The position numbers and the translations under genes are program-made. DNA of 64,000 bases from Octopus vulgaris (Eukaryota), in NCBI GenBank assembly GCA_951406725.2, contig OX597824.1, positions 47,678,001-47,742,000 of the forward strand. The letters are read 5' to 3'. The notes under the pieces were generated by a model that did not search any database, was not told the origin of the DNA, and saw only the letters and a list, made by a program, of their open reading frames with translations. The stretch's first letter is position 1; the number at the start of each line of letters is the position of its first letter. Positions 13,347 to 27,369 of this stretch are shown piece by piece.

Positions 13347-13847
13347 GACACTCATTTGCAAATGAAATCACACTAGTGCCTTCTGTCTCAAACAGAGATT
13401 TTCCAATGAATTTATTTTTATGTTAGCTATATTACATAAGAGCATAGTTCTCACTATAGTTCCCATACAGCTCAACTAACATACATAAGTGAATTAAAAT
13501 TTATTAATTGAGGAATATTTAAATGAAATGCAAAGTAAATGAAATTATATATAATAACAGGCCCGGGTGCTTTTATAATTCTATTTTCTGTTATTCTTGT
13601 TTTGTTATTTTAGTTTTGCTATCAATATATGTATCTTACTGTATTTATCTTGCTTTAACACTGCTGTTCATACTGCCTGTTTGTATCCAGATATACAGGG
13701 TTGTTGAAAGTTAAGTATCTTGGCCTTGTACCTTACCTGCTTAGTGGTTATTACAGTATGTTTTTTGACCCAGCCATCTCTATACCAGTACTGCAAGGAA
13801 ACAAGAACACAATATTTCAACTGTATTTCTTTTTTTTTTATCTTCAG

Positions 13848-13905
13848 ATCGATCATCTCAAAAAACAACTAAAGACAACCAAACAAGAGAGGCTAACTAT
13901 TATTG
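13848..13905 (+). CDS. Coiled-coil gene exon (IDHLKKQLKTTKQERLTII)
   Basis: Strong T-tract plus TTCAG acceptor, G|GTAAAC phase-1 donor. Confidence 0.8.
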
Positions 13906-16562
13906 GTAAACTCCAAGACTATAGAGTGTTTTATGTACTATTTACAGTAATGTTATGTTCCTTCCTCGTGGTGCCTATTTACAGTTAACCAACTGGGCTG
14001 TCTGATAATGACATATCCTGGCCATGATCTGAACATAGTGTTGCTGACAGGATACACATCACCAACTTTGATAGTTCTCTGGTATTTCTATTCATTTTTC
14101 ACTATCTCAACAATACGCATACCAAAGTATAGTTCTGAGTTTGAAACATATACACGTGTGTGTGTGTGTGTTTGCATATCATCATCAATCATCGTTTAGT
14201 GTCTGTATTCCATGCTGGCATGGGTTGGATAGTTTCACAGAATCTTACAGGTCAGAGGACTGTGTTGAGTTCCAATATCTGTTTTAGTATGGCTTCTATG
14301 GCCGAATGCCCTTCCACATGCCCTTCCACAAATGGTTAGAGGTAGGGAATATAGGTATGTAATGCAGTGAACAGCAAACGGGAAGGGGTCATGGTCAAAA
14401 TTGAATATCAGTTTGGAGGAAGACAAAGAAAATAGGAGTGGGTTAGGGGGGAGGGTACGTATGTTTGTGTGTGTATACACAAGGACTGTGTGGTTAAGAA
14501 GTTCACTTCTCACCTCATGGTTTCAGGTTCAGTCCTACTGCATGATTCCTTGGGTTAGTGTTCTCTACTATAGCCCTGGGCTGACTAAAGGCTTGTAAGT
14601 AGATTTGGTAGATGGAAGCTGATATGTATGTATCTATGCATCTATGTATGTATATGGGTGAATGGTTGTATATGTATTTGTACCACTTGGTCTTGACATC
14701 ATATGATGTAAACTAGCATCACCATCATACAGTTACATTGCTTGGAATCAGGTGAGGGTTGGTGGCAGGAAGGGTATCCAGCCTTAGAAAATCTGCCTCA
14801 ACAAATTCTTGCTGATGTATATGAGTATGGAAAAGAAAACTGGATGTTAAAACAATGATAATGATAAACGTGTGTATGTATATGTTTAATGTTTTGTTTT
14901 GTTGTGTAATGAATCTCAGGAGAATATATCCAAAATTCTTGGTAAACTTATCACTAGCAAACTCATCAGTGTAACAATAGGCTTCTGGATCACTTGACAT
15001 GGTTGGAGACTGCTTATTGTTGCTGCTTAATAAGGCAGTGAGCCGGCAGAATCATCAGCATGCCAGGCAAAATGTTTAGCAGTATTTCATCTATCTTTAC
15101 ATTCTGAGTTCAAATTCTACCAAGGTTGATTTTGCCTTTCATCCTTTTGGTGTCGATAAAATAAGTACCTGTTGGTCACTGGAGTCAATGTAATCAACTT
15201 ACCCCCTCCCTCAAAATTACTAGCCTTGTATTAAAATTTGAGACCATTGTTACTACTTAATCTTGTTCTGTGGTAAAAACACAGCTTGTAGCTATGCCTC
15301 CTTCCCTTTAAGGTAAGTAACAGTTTGTATTTAACTGTTAGTTCAAGAGAACTGTTGGCTTCAATAGAATCTGGTGACAGAAAATGATTTATAAACTAGT
15401 GGTGTCCATATTGTTTTGCTGAGAGTTTAAGATAGTCCCCCAACCTCATAAGATTTCTACAGCAAGGTTGCATGTGATTCAGTTGTGCTTTGATACTGAA
15501 TTTATAATTTTCATATATTTGTTATAAGGAGAATGTGTTTAAGTTAAAACTGCAACTTACTCAACACTAAAAAAAAACTTACATTTATGTATTTGTTATG
15601 CAAAATCCTTGATGAAAAAAATTGTGTGTTGAAACAGATATTGTTATACTTGGGGATAGTCAAATATTTGCCAATTAAATGCTGGTTGCCTTTCCTGTCA
15701 CTCACCTGTTTTTTAAGAGAGAGATCTCTTATTCTGCACATCTTCAAAGGTGTGAAGCAAGCAGTGGCAACATTCCCACTTGTAGATCAAGATTTTCATA
15801 GAAGCAGACACAATATAACCAAAGATAGACACACGCACACATTGTGTTCAAACAAATATGGAACAAGCAGTCATTGTGAGATTTAGTCTTAAAGAACAAC
15901 TCCAAATGACACCTGCGGACTGTCAGACTACATTTGTTTCAGTGTACTTGTCTTCTCAGTGATAGATACCACTTCAATCATTTGTATTTTATTTGATCAG
16001 AAACCTTATGGTTAATCCACTAGAAGTCCTTTGAGGAAAGTCCAACCATCATGAAGGTTACCATCAGTGGTAAGGTTGCCATCAGTGTTCTTACCATTAT
16101 ATAGTATGTACACCTTGTGTAGTGAGCTCATTTTACCCAAGAAAAGAGGATTTGATCTCAAAGCTGACAAAACACTGGTCAATTTATACAACACACTGTA
16201 CTTTTACTATAATAGCTATTCATAGTCCTGTGTTTGTTTGGTGATAGTATACAGTTGATTAGTTCTCCATCAATGACAGTCAGATATGGTAAATTCATTA
16301 CAAATTATAAAGTTGAATATTTTTAATGAAACACAAACCAAATAGGTAGTGTGAATGTGTAATTACATTTCTGAAATAAAATATTACTCAATTAATAGAA
16401 ATCCTCTGATATAACAAAGCCGGGACATTTGGAGGTGGTAAGGTATTATATAACTCATGTTGCTATGTAGGAAGTAAAAGTGTTGGCAGTATAACCGTTA
16501 TTAGAATTAATTAGTCATAACATGTTTAGCATTGTTTTGTAAATTTGTCTTTTAAATTCCAG

Positions 16563-16683
16563 ATGAGTCTTTGAAAAGTCCAGGCTTGAGCACAATGAAA
16601 AAAGTTCCTTATGATCTGAGGTGCAGAACTAGTAACACATGGAACAAGATGAAAGTAAAAGATTATAACACATCACCAATAAG
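16563..16683 (+). CDS. Coiled-coil gene exon, basic S/T-P-containing tail (DESLKSPGLS...NTSPI)
   Basis: TTCCAG acceptor in phase 1, open frame, AG|GTTGGT donor (phase 2). Confidence 0.65.
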
Positions 16684-16845
16684 GTTGGTTGTCTAAACAT
16701 TTGATTAGGTCAGGCAAGTTTATTTCTATCTACAAGACCACTCACCACAACAGAAATGAGATCCTAAACCCAAGGTGACATACAAAAAGCATTGATGTGG
16801 TTGTTGGTACCTTGTAAAAAGTACTGGTACTAGTGCCATGTTTAA

Positions 16846-17061
16846 CCCTTTACTGCATTTATTTTGAGATGCTCTGTGTTTCTTTCAATTACTTTAAATA
16901 TAACAATGAGTTTAGTGAAATAACTTAGTTATCATTCAGCTAGTGTTAGGAACATCAATTGTGACTAAGGTTTAGTGGAAGATTTTAATTCAAAACTTAT
17001 GAAAACAAGACATTTCTACTCAGAGCTAGAGCCAGTTTCAGCCAGGTTGGTAACAAAAGGG
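16846..17061. mobile_element. piggyBac-like MITE (second family) nested in an RTE 3'-end repeat
   Basis: TTAA|CCCTTTT ... AAAAGGG|TTAA. Confidence 0.65.
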
Positions 17062-18059
17062 TTAAAAGGGTGATGGTGCTATGTAAAAAGAACCCAGTAT
17101 ACTCTGTGGAGTGGTTGGCATTAGGAAAGGTATCCAGCCTTAGAAACCAAATCAAAACAGACTAAGGGACTTAGTGTGGCCCCTGGCCTTGTCAGTTCCT
17201 GTCAAGCCATCCAACCCATGCCATCATGGAAAATGGATGTTAAATGTTGATGATGACAATGATGATGAATTGGGATTGTATGATATTTCATAGAATTTTC
17301 AAATGTTATTTACAATCCAGCTTGGAATACCTTTTTGCTGCTAATGCTAGGGTACTGAATACTAGTATAATTGATAATACAGCTGACTAAACCAAAATAC
17401 CTTTCAGTATTTATTTATGTTCTAAATTCAAATTCCCATAAGGTTGGTTTTGCCTTCAATTCTTCTGAAGGTAATAAAATAAAGTACCAATCAAGGCTGA
17501 TTTAACTGAATAGAGATGTAGACTTTGTGAGTGAAAACATATCAATTTGAAATCCAAATGATGTGAGCAGACTACCAGACACAGTGTTTTGGCATGGTTT
17601 CATATCTTCAATGATAGACTTCATTTAGAACTAAACTGAAACTTTTGTCTCTATATAGACTTTATGATTTCATCTGCTTGCTCACACCACAGTCTCAGTT
17701 CACAGAACCATGTCAATACCTACAAAGTCACTTCTGCACATATTGCCCAATTCCTTCAATGCAAAACTGCTTTCTCAGCTTCTTTATATTCAATCTTTTA
17801 TGTATGTAATAGACTATAATTAGCCTGTTTCAAACAGAGAAATTGGTTGCAGTTTGGAAAAGATTCAGTTAATATACATTAAAATAAGGATTTTAAAATG
17901 AATTATTTGGTGTTAATAAGTAAGTATGTAATCCTCCCAGCCTGAGACTATGGGATGAGTAAGGATTGATGATAAAAAATAATAGGTGAACAAGCATTAA
18001 GGTACTGCTAGAAATATTGGTTAAAATCTCTTTAGACAGAAAAATGAGATCTAAAGCTA

Positions 18060-18500
18060 TTTATGGCTATATTACATCCACACTTACCATCTGCACCTCC
18101 AGTCTGAAACCTCCATTCTGTCCAGAAACCAATCTACTGAAAGCTGTCCAGAGACATGGAGCTAGATGAAAACCCTCTTTGAATTACTTTCTGCATCTTA
18201 AACACCTTGCTTCTCTAACTTCAATATATAGTAGCTGACTTGATGAAAGCCCATAAGATTATCCACTACCTTTCCAACAATAACTTTAGCTACCATTTTG
18301 AATTCATTATCTCTACCACATGTAGACACACTTATATAATCAAAACATAGCACAGACCTTGTGACTTTCAGAAACTTTTTGTTTTTACAAGCTCAGGATT
18401 GTTGAAGAATGGAACAAACTACCCACATTATTTCTTAGCTGTCAGTACACTATATCCTTCAAAAATTCCATACTTTCCAAAATTTACCAACACTACTCCT
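18060..18500 (+). mobile_element. Highly decayed CR1-like LINE 3' fragment
   Basis: Remnant motifs LKAVQR, DLMKAHKII and RIVEEWNKLP. Confidence 0.5.
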
Positions 18501-19333
18501 GATGTGCCCATACAGCATGTTTTATTCTTTATGGCTCTTTCATTGTTCATTTTTCTGCCTTATTCTTTTATCATATGAACTCTGTTTCTTTACTTGATTT
18601 CTGCTTTCTGTGTTCTTTTACTCTTTTCTGGCAAGATTTAGTGCACCTCAGCAGTATATACTATAAGCTCATTACTATTATTTAGTTTAGCAACATCATT
18701 GAAAAAAAAACATATTCTCAAATTTCTCAATGTTTCAAAATCACAATCCAGAAATCGGCAGTGCTTCTCACAAAGAAAATAATTACAAAGAATACTGCTG
18801 GAGATCCTCACCACATATTAACAGATCCAACTTTTTTCCTTTTACTCTTTTTCAATTGAGGGGTACCCTGTTTTGCTTTACAAGTTACAAGACAACTCCC
18901 AACAGTGGTCACGCCAAAAAAGTATTCAATACATATCAAATGGTTGATAATTGATCTGAATAGCAATAATATAAGGCTGACAATAGCAACAATACAGGCT
19001 GAAAGGTCACATTATTCTTGTAGGTGGCAAAGCAACTTTTATTGTGCTGGTAACACACAAAAAAATACTCTCTGTAAAGTGGATTGTGTCAGAAAGAGAA
19101 TTCAATCATAGAAACCATGCCAAAAAATGAGACATTGGGAGAAGATATAGTCCTCCTATGTGTTGAATCCTGTCAAACCATCCTTCTCATTGCAACTTGG
19201 AAAGCAGGCAAAATGGAATGATGATGAATAGCTTTACTGTCACATACCACTATTACTAGGCTCTTTGAATTCTTGTAATTTTCATTGATTAAATATTTTT
19301 ATTTTTGATGTTAACTTAAAATTCCCATTTCAG

Positions 19334-19358
19334 CAGTTGCCTCATGGGAAGCCCTTGA
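19334..19358 (+). CDS. Possible terminal coding exon of the coiled-coil gene (NAGNAG acceptor)
   Basis: TTTCAGCAG acceptor. Phase-2 splicing gives a short tail SSCLMGSP* followed by AT-rich UTR-like sequence. Other frames are possible if an exon was missed. Confidence 0.35.
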
Positions 19359-20593
19359 GAAGAAATTTTACACAGACTCTTTGATGGTAATTGATGTTGT
19401 GACCTGTGTCATGCTTGTGCCTAAAGTCTATCCTGAGAATTCTGTCATTGATGAATCAATCAAATCTGACAAAGTATTGCTTCTCTATTTTTGTTTTGCT
19501 TATATTCTACATATTTTCTAAGATATTTTTTATTATATATCTCAAATTTCTTTCTAAATTTTCAACAATTTGCTTTTTCTAAATCCAAATAAACTCTTCA
19601 AATTAAACTATTTCTCTGTCCGCTTTTGAATTTTCTTAGAATATTGTGGTTATACATCCAGACAAAATATTTCAAAATTATGTATTTCACTTTTGCATAC
19701 TTCCTCACTAGCTGGCTGTAAGCAGTTATGGACTCATCAGCTCCTATAACTTATTTAGCTATACATTAAAAAAGCATTTGTTAAATAATTAATTTCTTAT
19801 TTCTCAACCAATAAGAATGTCATTTATTTGTTCAGAGTATAACTTTCAAATAAAATCTGCTTTTGATAAAGCAATGCAGATTTGTTGGGCATGTGCAACC
19901 TCAGTTGTTTGATGCACTAAAATGCATCATAAAACAGTCAATGATAATGCAGAAGCAATAGTCTGGCCAAGGGCATGACAATGTCTATAGTGTTTGTATC
20001 ATGATAAAATACCCTCAATTCACTCTGTAAAGTATTAGATGTTAGGAGAAAGAGCATCTAATCATAAGAACCATGCCAGAAATAGAATGTACAAGTGAGA
20101 TTGGTTTTCTAACCATCTTGGAAGGCTGATCAAACACTCACAGAGATTCAAAATCTGGCACAGAATGTGACTCATCAAGCATCATTACTGTCTTCATTTA
20201 ATTGCTGGCAAGGCCACAGTGATTCGTTTTGCAATCATATTATACTATCAAATATATTACAGGTTTACAAGTCAATATCGTGTTTTATGATAAGGTGGCA
20301 AGCTAGCAGAATCATTTAGCACGCTGGGCAAAGTGCTTAGCAGCATTTCATCTTTCTTAATGAGTTCAAATTCTTCTGAGGTTCACTTTGAGTTTCATCC
20401 TTTTGAGGTCAATAAAATAAGTACCAGTTAAGCATCAGGGTCAATCTAATTGAACTATCTCTCCCCCAAAATTGCTGGCCTTGTACCAAAACTTGAAAGC
20501 AATATTGTGTCTTACTATGTATTAGCAGTATGATATTTTCATTTAAGCATAATTAAATCTCAGAATGAGATTGAAACAGTAATCACTCGATAA

Positions 20594-20888
20594 TGTAAAG
20601 TATAGAAGCCATCTTATCATGGCTAGCCACATTGGGGAGGAGGTGTTACTGTAGCTTTATAGCCCCAAGAGATCTTCGTCTCTAGCTGGCTCTAGACACA
20701 ATATCTGTGTCCTGAGCGTATCACTCAGGCTTGCGAGGAAGGGATGGCCTCCCTTTGCAAATACTCCAAGGACACAGATATTGTGTCTAGAGCCAGCTAG
20801 AGACGAAGATCTCTTGGGGCTATAAAGCTACAGTAACACCCCCTCCCCAATGTGGTTAGCCATGATAAGATGGCTTCTATACTTTACA
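20594..20888. mobile_element. Young foldback element, ~120-bp near-perfect inverted arms
   Basis: 20594-20713 is the reverse complement of 20769-20888 with 2 mismatches. 55-bp loop, followed by (TA)n. Confidence 0.9.
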
Positions 20889-22006
20889 ATATATATATAT
20901 ATATATATATACATATATTAGCATTAGGAAGGATATCCAGCTGTAGAAACCATGTCACAACAGACAATTGGAGTCTAGACAGCTCTCCTAGCTGACCAGC
21001 TTTGGTCAAACTGTCCAACCCATGCTAGCATGGAAAACAGACATTAAATGACGATGATGATATATATGTGATAAAGATAGATAGTCAGGTGGTATGAGAT
21101 GAATATATTTATTTTACCACTTGATATCCATAGAGTGACAGTCGGTTTACAGCTAGCATCATGCAAAAATAATTAATTTTAGTGTCTAATAAATTATTTT
21201 GCATGCTTACACTAGTATGTATAAAGTACATAATACTATTGTACATTTTACAAATGAACACAGGTCCAGAAGGCTAGCTCATTAGATCAGCAAAATATCG
21301 TAGTTACATCAATTTTTTTCCAACTACAGTATACACATACAAAAAAATCATCTTCAAAATGTTAATGTATGGAAGACAATAATTAATAAAGAAATTTACT
21401 ATTAAGGGGAGGGGAGGAGACTTACTAAGGTAGTAAAAAGGAAACTGAGTAGTAGTGATGAATGTGAAGATGATATATAATATCAGATAGAAAGAGTCAG
21501 GTAGGTTTTTATCAATAACCTAGAGGTATTAATGATAGAGAGAGAAATGAAAGTGAAAGTTTAAAGGAATGAGAGAAGTTTACAGATATTGTGTTTATGA
21601 AATATAGAGAGTAATATCAAAAAGAAAGAGAAATAAAGTGAAACTAGAATGGGAGAGAGTGGAAGCCAAAGTAAGCACAATAGAATTAGTATGGTAGACT
21701 GGAGGATACTGAGCTATCCTCAGTAAATAAAATGTGGTGAATATTTATCAGAACAGAAAATAGTGAGATAACTAATTTTAGTCTTAAGACATATATAATT
21801 AATAGCATAATACAATTGGTTATATAAAAAATAATGGATAGTTTATGTTAACTGTTAGTATTGAAAATAGGGTTAAAATTAAATTGGTCAGCAGATCCTA
21901 AGTACCTAAGTAGACTAAAAATAATCCAGGAAATAGAAAATAGGTATATATCTATCATCATCATCATCATCGTTTAATGTCTGTCTTCCATGCTGACATG
22001 GGTGTA

Positions 22007-22045
<39 letters not shown>

Positions 22046-22128
22046 GTATATCCATGTACGTATGCAAATATAATATACACAGACACACACACACACACAC
22101 ACATGCATATATATATTGTATATATCTA

Positions 22129-22620
22129 CAGGGGTTGGACGAAATAATGGAAGCATCTTAAAATTTCAAACAAATTTATTTTAATATGGTGTAGGACCAC
22201 CTTTGGCAGTAATTACAGCTTGAATTCTATGAAGTATAGACTCATACAAAATTTGAATTGTTTCCAAAGAAATTTTTGTCCATTCTTCAGCTAAAACAGT
22301 CTTCAGTTCTTGTAGTGATGATGGTGGAGGATATCAACTCCTTACTTGTTTTTTAAAATGCATTATAAATGTTCAGTAATATTGAGATCTTGGGATTGTG
22401 GTGGCCAGATAAGATGTTCAACTTCACTAGTCTGATAGATCTGTCATTTTAATGAATTTTAATTACCTTTTTCTGATGATATCTGAAAAGAAACAGCAAT
22501 TTTAGCAAAACATATTAAGCAAAACTAATAATAAATAAAAAAAATAAACAAGCTTTGAAGGTTTTATAGATATTTCAGAATTATGATGTTAGGTGTTTCC
22601 ATTATTTTGTCCAACCCCTG
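22129..22620 (-). mobile_element. Internally deleted Tc1-like element
   Basis: TA|CAGGGGTTGGACGAAATAATGGAA ... TTCCATTATTTTGTCCAACCCCTG|TA. The minus strand retains WPPQSQDLN (WPxQSPDLN motif). Confidence 0.85.
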
Positions 22621-23325
22621 TACATAGATATATACATTCAGACATAAATTCATTAAGGCAGTGTTTAGAAATATATAATTAATAGTATAAGACAGCTGGA
22701 TATTAAAATTTAACCCTATTTTCGATACTAACAATTATTATAAACCATCTATGAGTATATTTATATATTATCATCGTCATTATCATGCAAGTCTATGTGG
22801 TTAAGTACGTGTGTTTAGCCCAAAAAGCTTCAGAAGTCATGCATCCTTGAGAAAAACAAATGTGATTTTTGAAATCTGCATCCCAAAGATAATGTTGTTC
22901 TTAAATAATAATAAAAAAAATATAATTTGCTACAAGAAATAACTCAACTTTTAAGTTGATAAATCTCCTGCTCTCTATCACCATCAATCTACCTCTCTCT
23001 ATATATATATTTACCATAGTGTTTGACATTCACTCTCTTTCTATGTGTATTAACTCTTATGCATTGCTTTCATTTTGTTTAAAACCTCATCTTCTAAATG
23101 TGTATCATTTTATTTTGTGCAGAAAATGCTTAGCTTTCAAATCCTGTTTTCTGATTGGGTAAAAATGATCAAATTTTAAGCCTCTGTAACACTTTTCTAA
23201 AAAATTTTCTGAAATAAATGAATCACAAACTTGGATTCAGTATGAAAAAATACATTAACAAACCTAATTTGAAATTTTTCATTTAATTTTATAAAATTTC
23301 AAAATCTGCGATAGCAGAAACAACC

Positions 23326-23960
23326 AAAAGCCACAGGGAGCAAGGTTTGGACTGTAGGGAAGGTGACAAACAGTTTTGTTGCCCATCTCTGTCAAGTAGT
23401 TGAATACCAGGATGGAATCATGGATTGGTACATTGTTCTGGTGCAGATGTCACTGACCTGAATGAGAGACCTCTAGACTTTTGTGGTGAAATCTCTTCAT
23501 AGACTCCCTCAAAACCTCCACAAAGTATTCTTTGTTGACTGTCTGGCCAGAGGGAATCCAGTGGATGTTGATGATGTGATGTCTTTGCTGTTGAAAAAAG
23601 GGGATAATCATGAATTTCTGGGTTCTTAGGGAGCCAAGATGCTTCCATTGGGTACTCTGTCTCTTGGTCTCTGGATCATAACAGTAGTTCCAGCTTTCGT
23701 CACAGGTCACCAGAGACTCAAGTACTCTTGGATTGCAGGTAATGAGCTTAACCATATCCCTGCTGTCACTAATGTCTTTTTGTTTGTTACTAAGCACCCT
23801 GGGAACAAACTTTGCACAAATTTTTCACATTTTCAGATCTTCATGAATAAGTCTGTGTACAATTGCCACTTCAACACCAACTATATATTTATTGTCTTTA
23901 TAGACACACTATGGTTTCCATCCAGAAAATTATGAATTTTCTCAATCAGATCTGATGTTC
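23326..23960 (-). mobile_element. mariner transposase remnant
   Basis: VTCDESWNYCYDPETKRQSTQW and PYSPNLAP motifs; frameshifted. Confidence 0.8.
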
Positions 23961-24257
23961 TGACATCTCTCTCCCTCTCACACCTCACCTCATATCTCAC
24001 CTCCTCTCTACCATCCTTGAACCTCTTACGCCAGGGAAAAACATATACATGGCTCATATAAGTTAATCTTTAATCAGGATGAACGTGTTTTGATAGGGTC
24101 AAATGTCATTCTTGGCACCTACTATCTACCAGTATACAACCATGTTCTGCTACTACCAGCCTTTATGAACAATGTTGCCAAGTTGAATGACATCTTTGAA
24201 ATAGGAATGTCTTTAACAACAATAATAATCCTTTCTACTAAAGGCACAAGACCTGAA

Positions 24258-24503
24258 ACTTTGTGGGGAGGAGGATTATCGATTAAGTTGACCTCAGTGC
24301 TTAATTGATAGTTGTTTCATCAACCATGAATGGAGGAAAGGCAAAGTCGAGCTCAACAGAATTGAACTCAGAACATATAGACTTTGTGGGGAGGAGGATT
24401 ATCGATTAAGTTGACCTCAGTGCTTAATTGATAGTTGTTTCATCAACCATGAATGGAGGAAAGGCAAAGTCGAGCTCAACAGAATTGAACTCAGAACATA
24501 TAG
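24258..24503. repeat. Perfect 123-bp tandem duplication inside a SINE
   Basis: 24258-24380 is identical to 24381-24503. Confidence 0.9.
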
Positions 24504-25311
24504 ATGGACAAAATGCCAATAAGCATGTTAATGATTCTGCCAGCTTGCTGCCTTTATTAATAATAATATTGATGATAATAATTACTAATCATATCATCAT
24601 CATCATCATCATCCTTATCAATGTGGCAAGCTGTTAGAATTGTTAATGCCTCAGAGAAAATACTTAGCGGCATTTTTTCAGGTTCTTTACATTTTGGATT
24701 CAAATTCCTCCAAGGTCTACTTTGCCTTTCATCCTTTTGAGGTTGATAAAATAAGTACCAATTGAACACTGGAGCTGATGTAATCAATTTACCTCCACCC
24801 TTAAAACTGATGGTCTTGTGCCAAAATTAGAAAGAATGATGACGATGATGATGGTAATATCATTGTTTATATATTAATATGCTAAGGCTCATAAAATTAG
24901 TTGAAGGGAAAGGCAAAAGGCAAGAGAGAAAGAGGGAGAGAGAAGTGTTAACAAGTGAGAAAAAGAAAACAATCATGATTATGTAGTTAAAAAATTATTT
25001 GAAGGGAGTGATATAGAAAGAGTTAGAAATAGAATGTTTAGCAGTCGTGATCTGGTGGTGAGGTTAAAGAAAGGCAAAGAGAGAGAGGGTGGGAGAAGAG
25101 AGTGTAATGATGTTATTGTCAGCTGATACATTTGGCTGTCATGTGGTTAGTGGATGTGAGAGGTGAAGAAAAAGAGAATGAGAGTAATAACAACATGAAG
25201 AGGATGACACAATTAAAAAGTTTGTTGAAGTTAGAGGTAAAGAGAAAAAGAGAGAGTGAGAGAAATATAAAATGTTTAGCAGATGGAAATTTTAAAAATC
25301 ATATATTATTA

Positions 25312-27135
25312 TAGGCAGTGGTGCAGACATCTAAAATTGCTCTAGTTTTTTGTTTTTGTGACCCCCACATGGCAACTACATGAAATTTTGCACAATGGTC
25401 GAGAAAAATATGAATAACAACCACACAAACTCGTCAAGTGTGGAAAGTGCACATTAATGAGCTATCTTATTTTTAATATTTCATAATTAGTCTGTCGCCC
25501 CTTTGAGTCCAAAATTAGAAACTAGACCAGTGGCGTGTGTATTAGACCGCTTTTTTGTTGTGAAGGAATGATTATGATGTACAGAATGTTGAAACAAATC
25601 TGATTTCAGAATAAAAAAGATTGTGAACTTAAATTTGCATACTATTAGAGGGTCTTTTTCTTGGTTTTTACTTTAAATATTTCCACTTACTAAGACACAT
25701 TTGCAAACCATTTAAATTAAATGGAAATGGGGGAGTGGGGTTATGAAAGGTAAATTTTTTTCTGATCTCTGAAGCATATCAATACATGTAGTAATCTTAA
25801 AAAATAATGAGGAGGAGGAGGAGGAAGACGGCGATGACGACGATAATACTTGTAATAAACAAGACCAAAGAAACTCATCATGTTTCGGAGATCAAGTTTC
25901 CCTACTCCAGCAATAACAACCAAACATTGAAACAGATTGCAATCAGCTTTTATTGTAACTTCTTTGCCTTTTACTTTAGTTGTTGAAGCTTTGTTCATTG
26001 TTGTGAAAGTTTTCCTTTTCTGCTTTTTGAGGACCTTGAACAAGTCTCCATCTCCTTTGCAAATGTTCTTCACAAAATGCCTTGAAAGCATCACCTCCAC
26101 TTGTTTATGCAAAAGTATAGTCATCACAGACATCAGTGGAAGCTATCACTCCTGATGCAATGTACACGAGTTCTTTGGTATTTTTCTGGACATGGCCTCT
26201 ACTGTTTCAACAACTGTACAGATATCTTCATATTTTTCCATGCTGGTCACATTAAGATCTTTTTTTTTTTCTGTGGCTCCGTTGTCTTTCCCTGTCATCT
26301 CCTCACAATGTTTGTTGATAGCACTTTGCTCATGTTGGGAAAGAATCCAGCAGGCAACTGCACCTTTGTTCCTTGTGAATTCAAACATGCCACCTTTTGT
26401 TTTTGTGTCCCTGTTGCATGTTTGCTCTATTGTCTAATCACAAGTAACTCCGCAGAATCCGTGGTCTGTCTGGTGATGGACAACAAACTTCCCTTGCATG
26501 AAGGCCTCATGAATTTGTGTCAGGTAGTTGACTCATCTCATGCCAATAAACTGGAAGATATCTGGCATAATTGGCATGGTCATATGCAAAGAACCAGGGT
26601 AGAAAACTGCGAAGAGAAGAAAGGTGTAATTCCTAGTCTCCTTGCCTTGTAGCCCATAGAAATAAGAGGATGACTTAAATCATCTCAATGTAACTTGACC
26701 ACAGAGCGAATGTTGGATCTTTGGCTGAATGTTGTTCCACAAAAAAATGATAGGAGATGCCACAGCCTGAAATTCTTCTCCCTTTACAAACTCTATGAAA
26801 GAGGAAGAGGGAAATCAGCATGAAGCTTAGCAAGAGTTTCATATGTCAATGCATAGTCCACATCTGAGAGGGAGCTCATGTAGGCTTGCCAATGCAGATG
26901 TTCCATGACTTCCACGACACACTTATAAACTCGGATGTTGTGTTTGTAGTGGTGTCCACTGAGAACACTGTTAATGGAACCTTGTACTATGAGGTTTGAC
27001 TCTGTCATAATGTTCTCCGAACCGTTTCCCAAGACATGCAAGCATAGATAGGACAATATGAAATGCACACAAACGAATGACAATAAAGTTCATTAACCCA
27101 TTGTATCTGCTGAGCCTTTGAATAAAAGGCCTGGT
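25312..27135 (-). mobile_element. Degenerate large DNA-transposon remnant, Academ-like
   Basis: Broken frames GSINSVLSGHHYKHNIRVYK, GAVACWILSQHEQSAI and IKADCNLFQCLVVIA..LDLR resemble Academ-type transposases as I recall them. Candidate TAG terminus at 25312. Confidence 0.5.
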
Positions 27136-27337
27136 CGCAGAATCATCAGCTTGCTGGACAAAATGCTTAGTGGCATTTCATCCGTCTTTGTGTCCTGAGT
27201 TCAAATTCTGCTGAGGTTGACTTTGCCTTTCATCCTCTTGGGATTGATAAAATAAGTACTAGTTGAGTACTGGGGGTCGATGTAATTGATTTATCCCCCT
27301 CCCCTGAAATTAGTGGCCTTGTGCCAAAATCTGAAAC

Positions 27338-27364
<27 letters not shown>

Positions 27365-27369
<5 letters not shown>

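Noticed and set aside
17560-17720. Possible hammerhead or pseudoknot remnant with short inverted matches
   Set aside because: The core is too degenerate and the pairings are short enough to be chance.
19700-19750. CTGATGAGTCC on the minus strand as a hammerhead
   Set aside because: No complementary GGAC-GAAA or closing stems follow.
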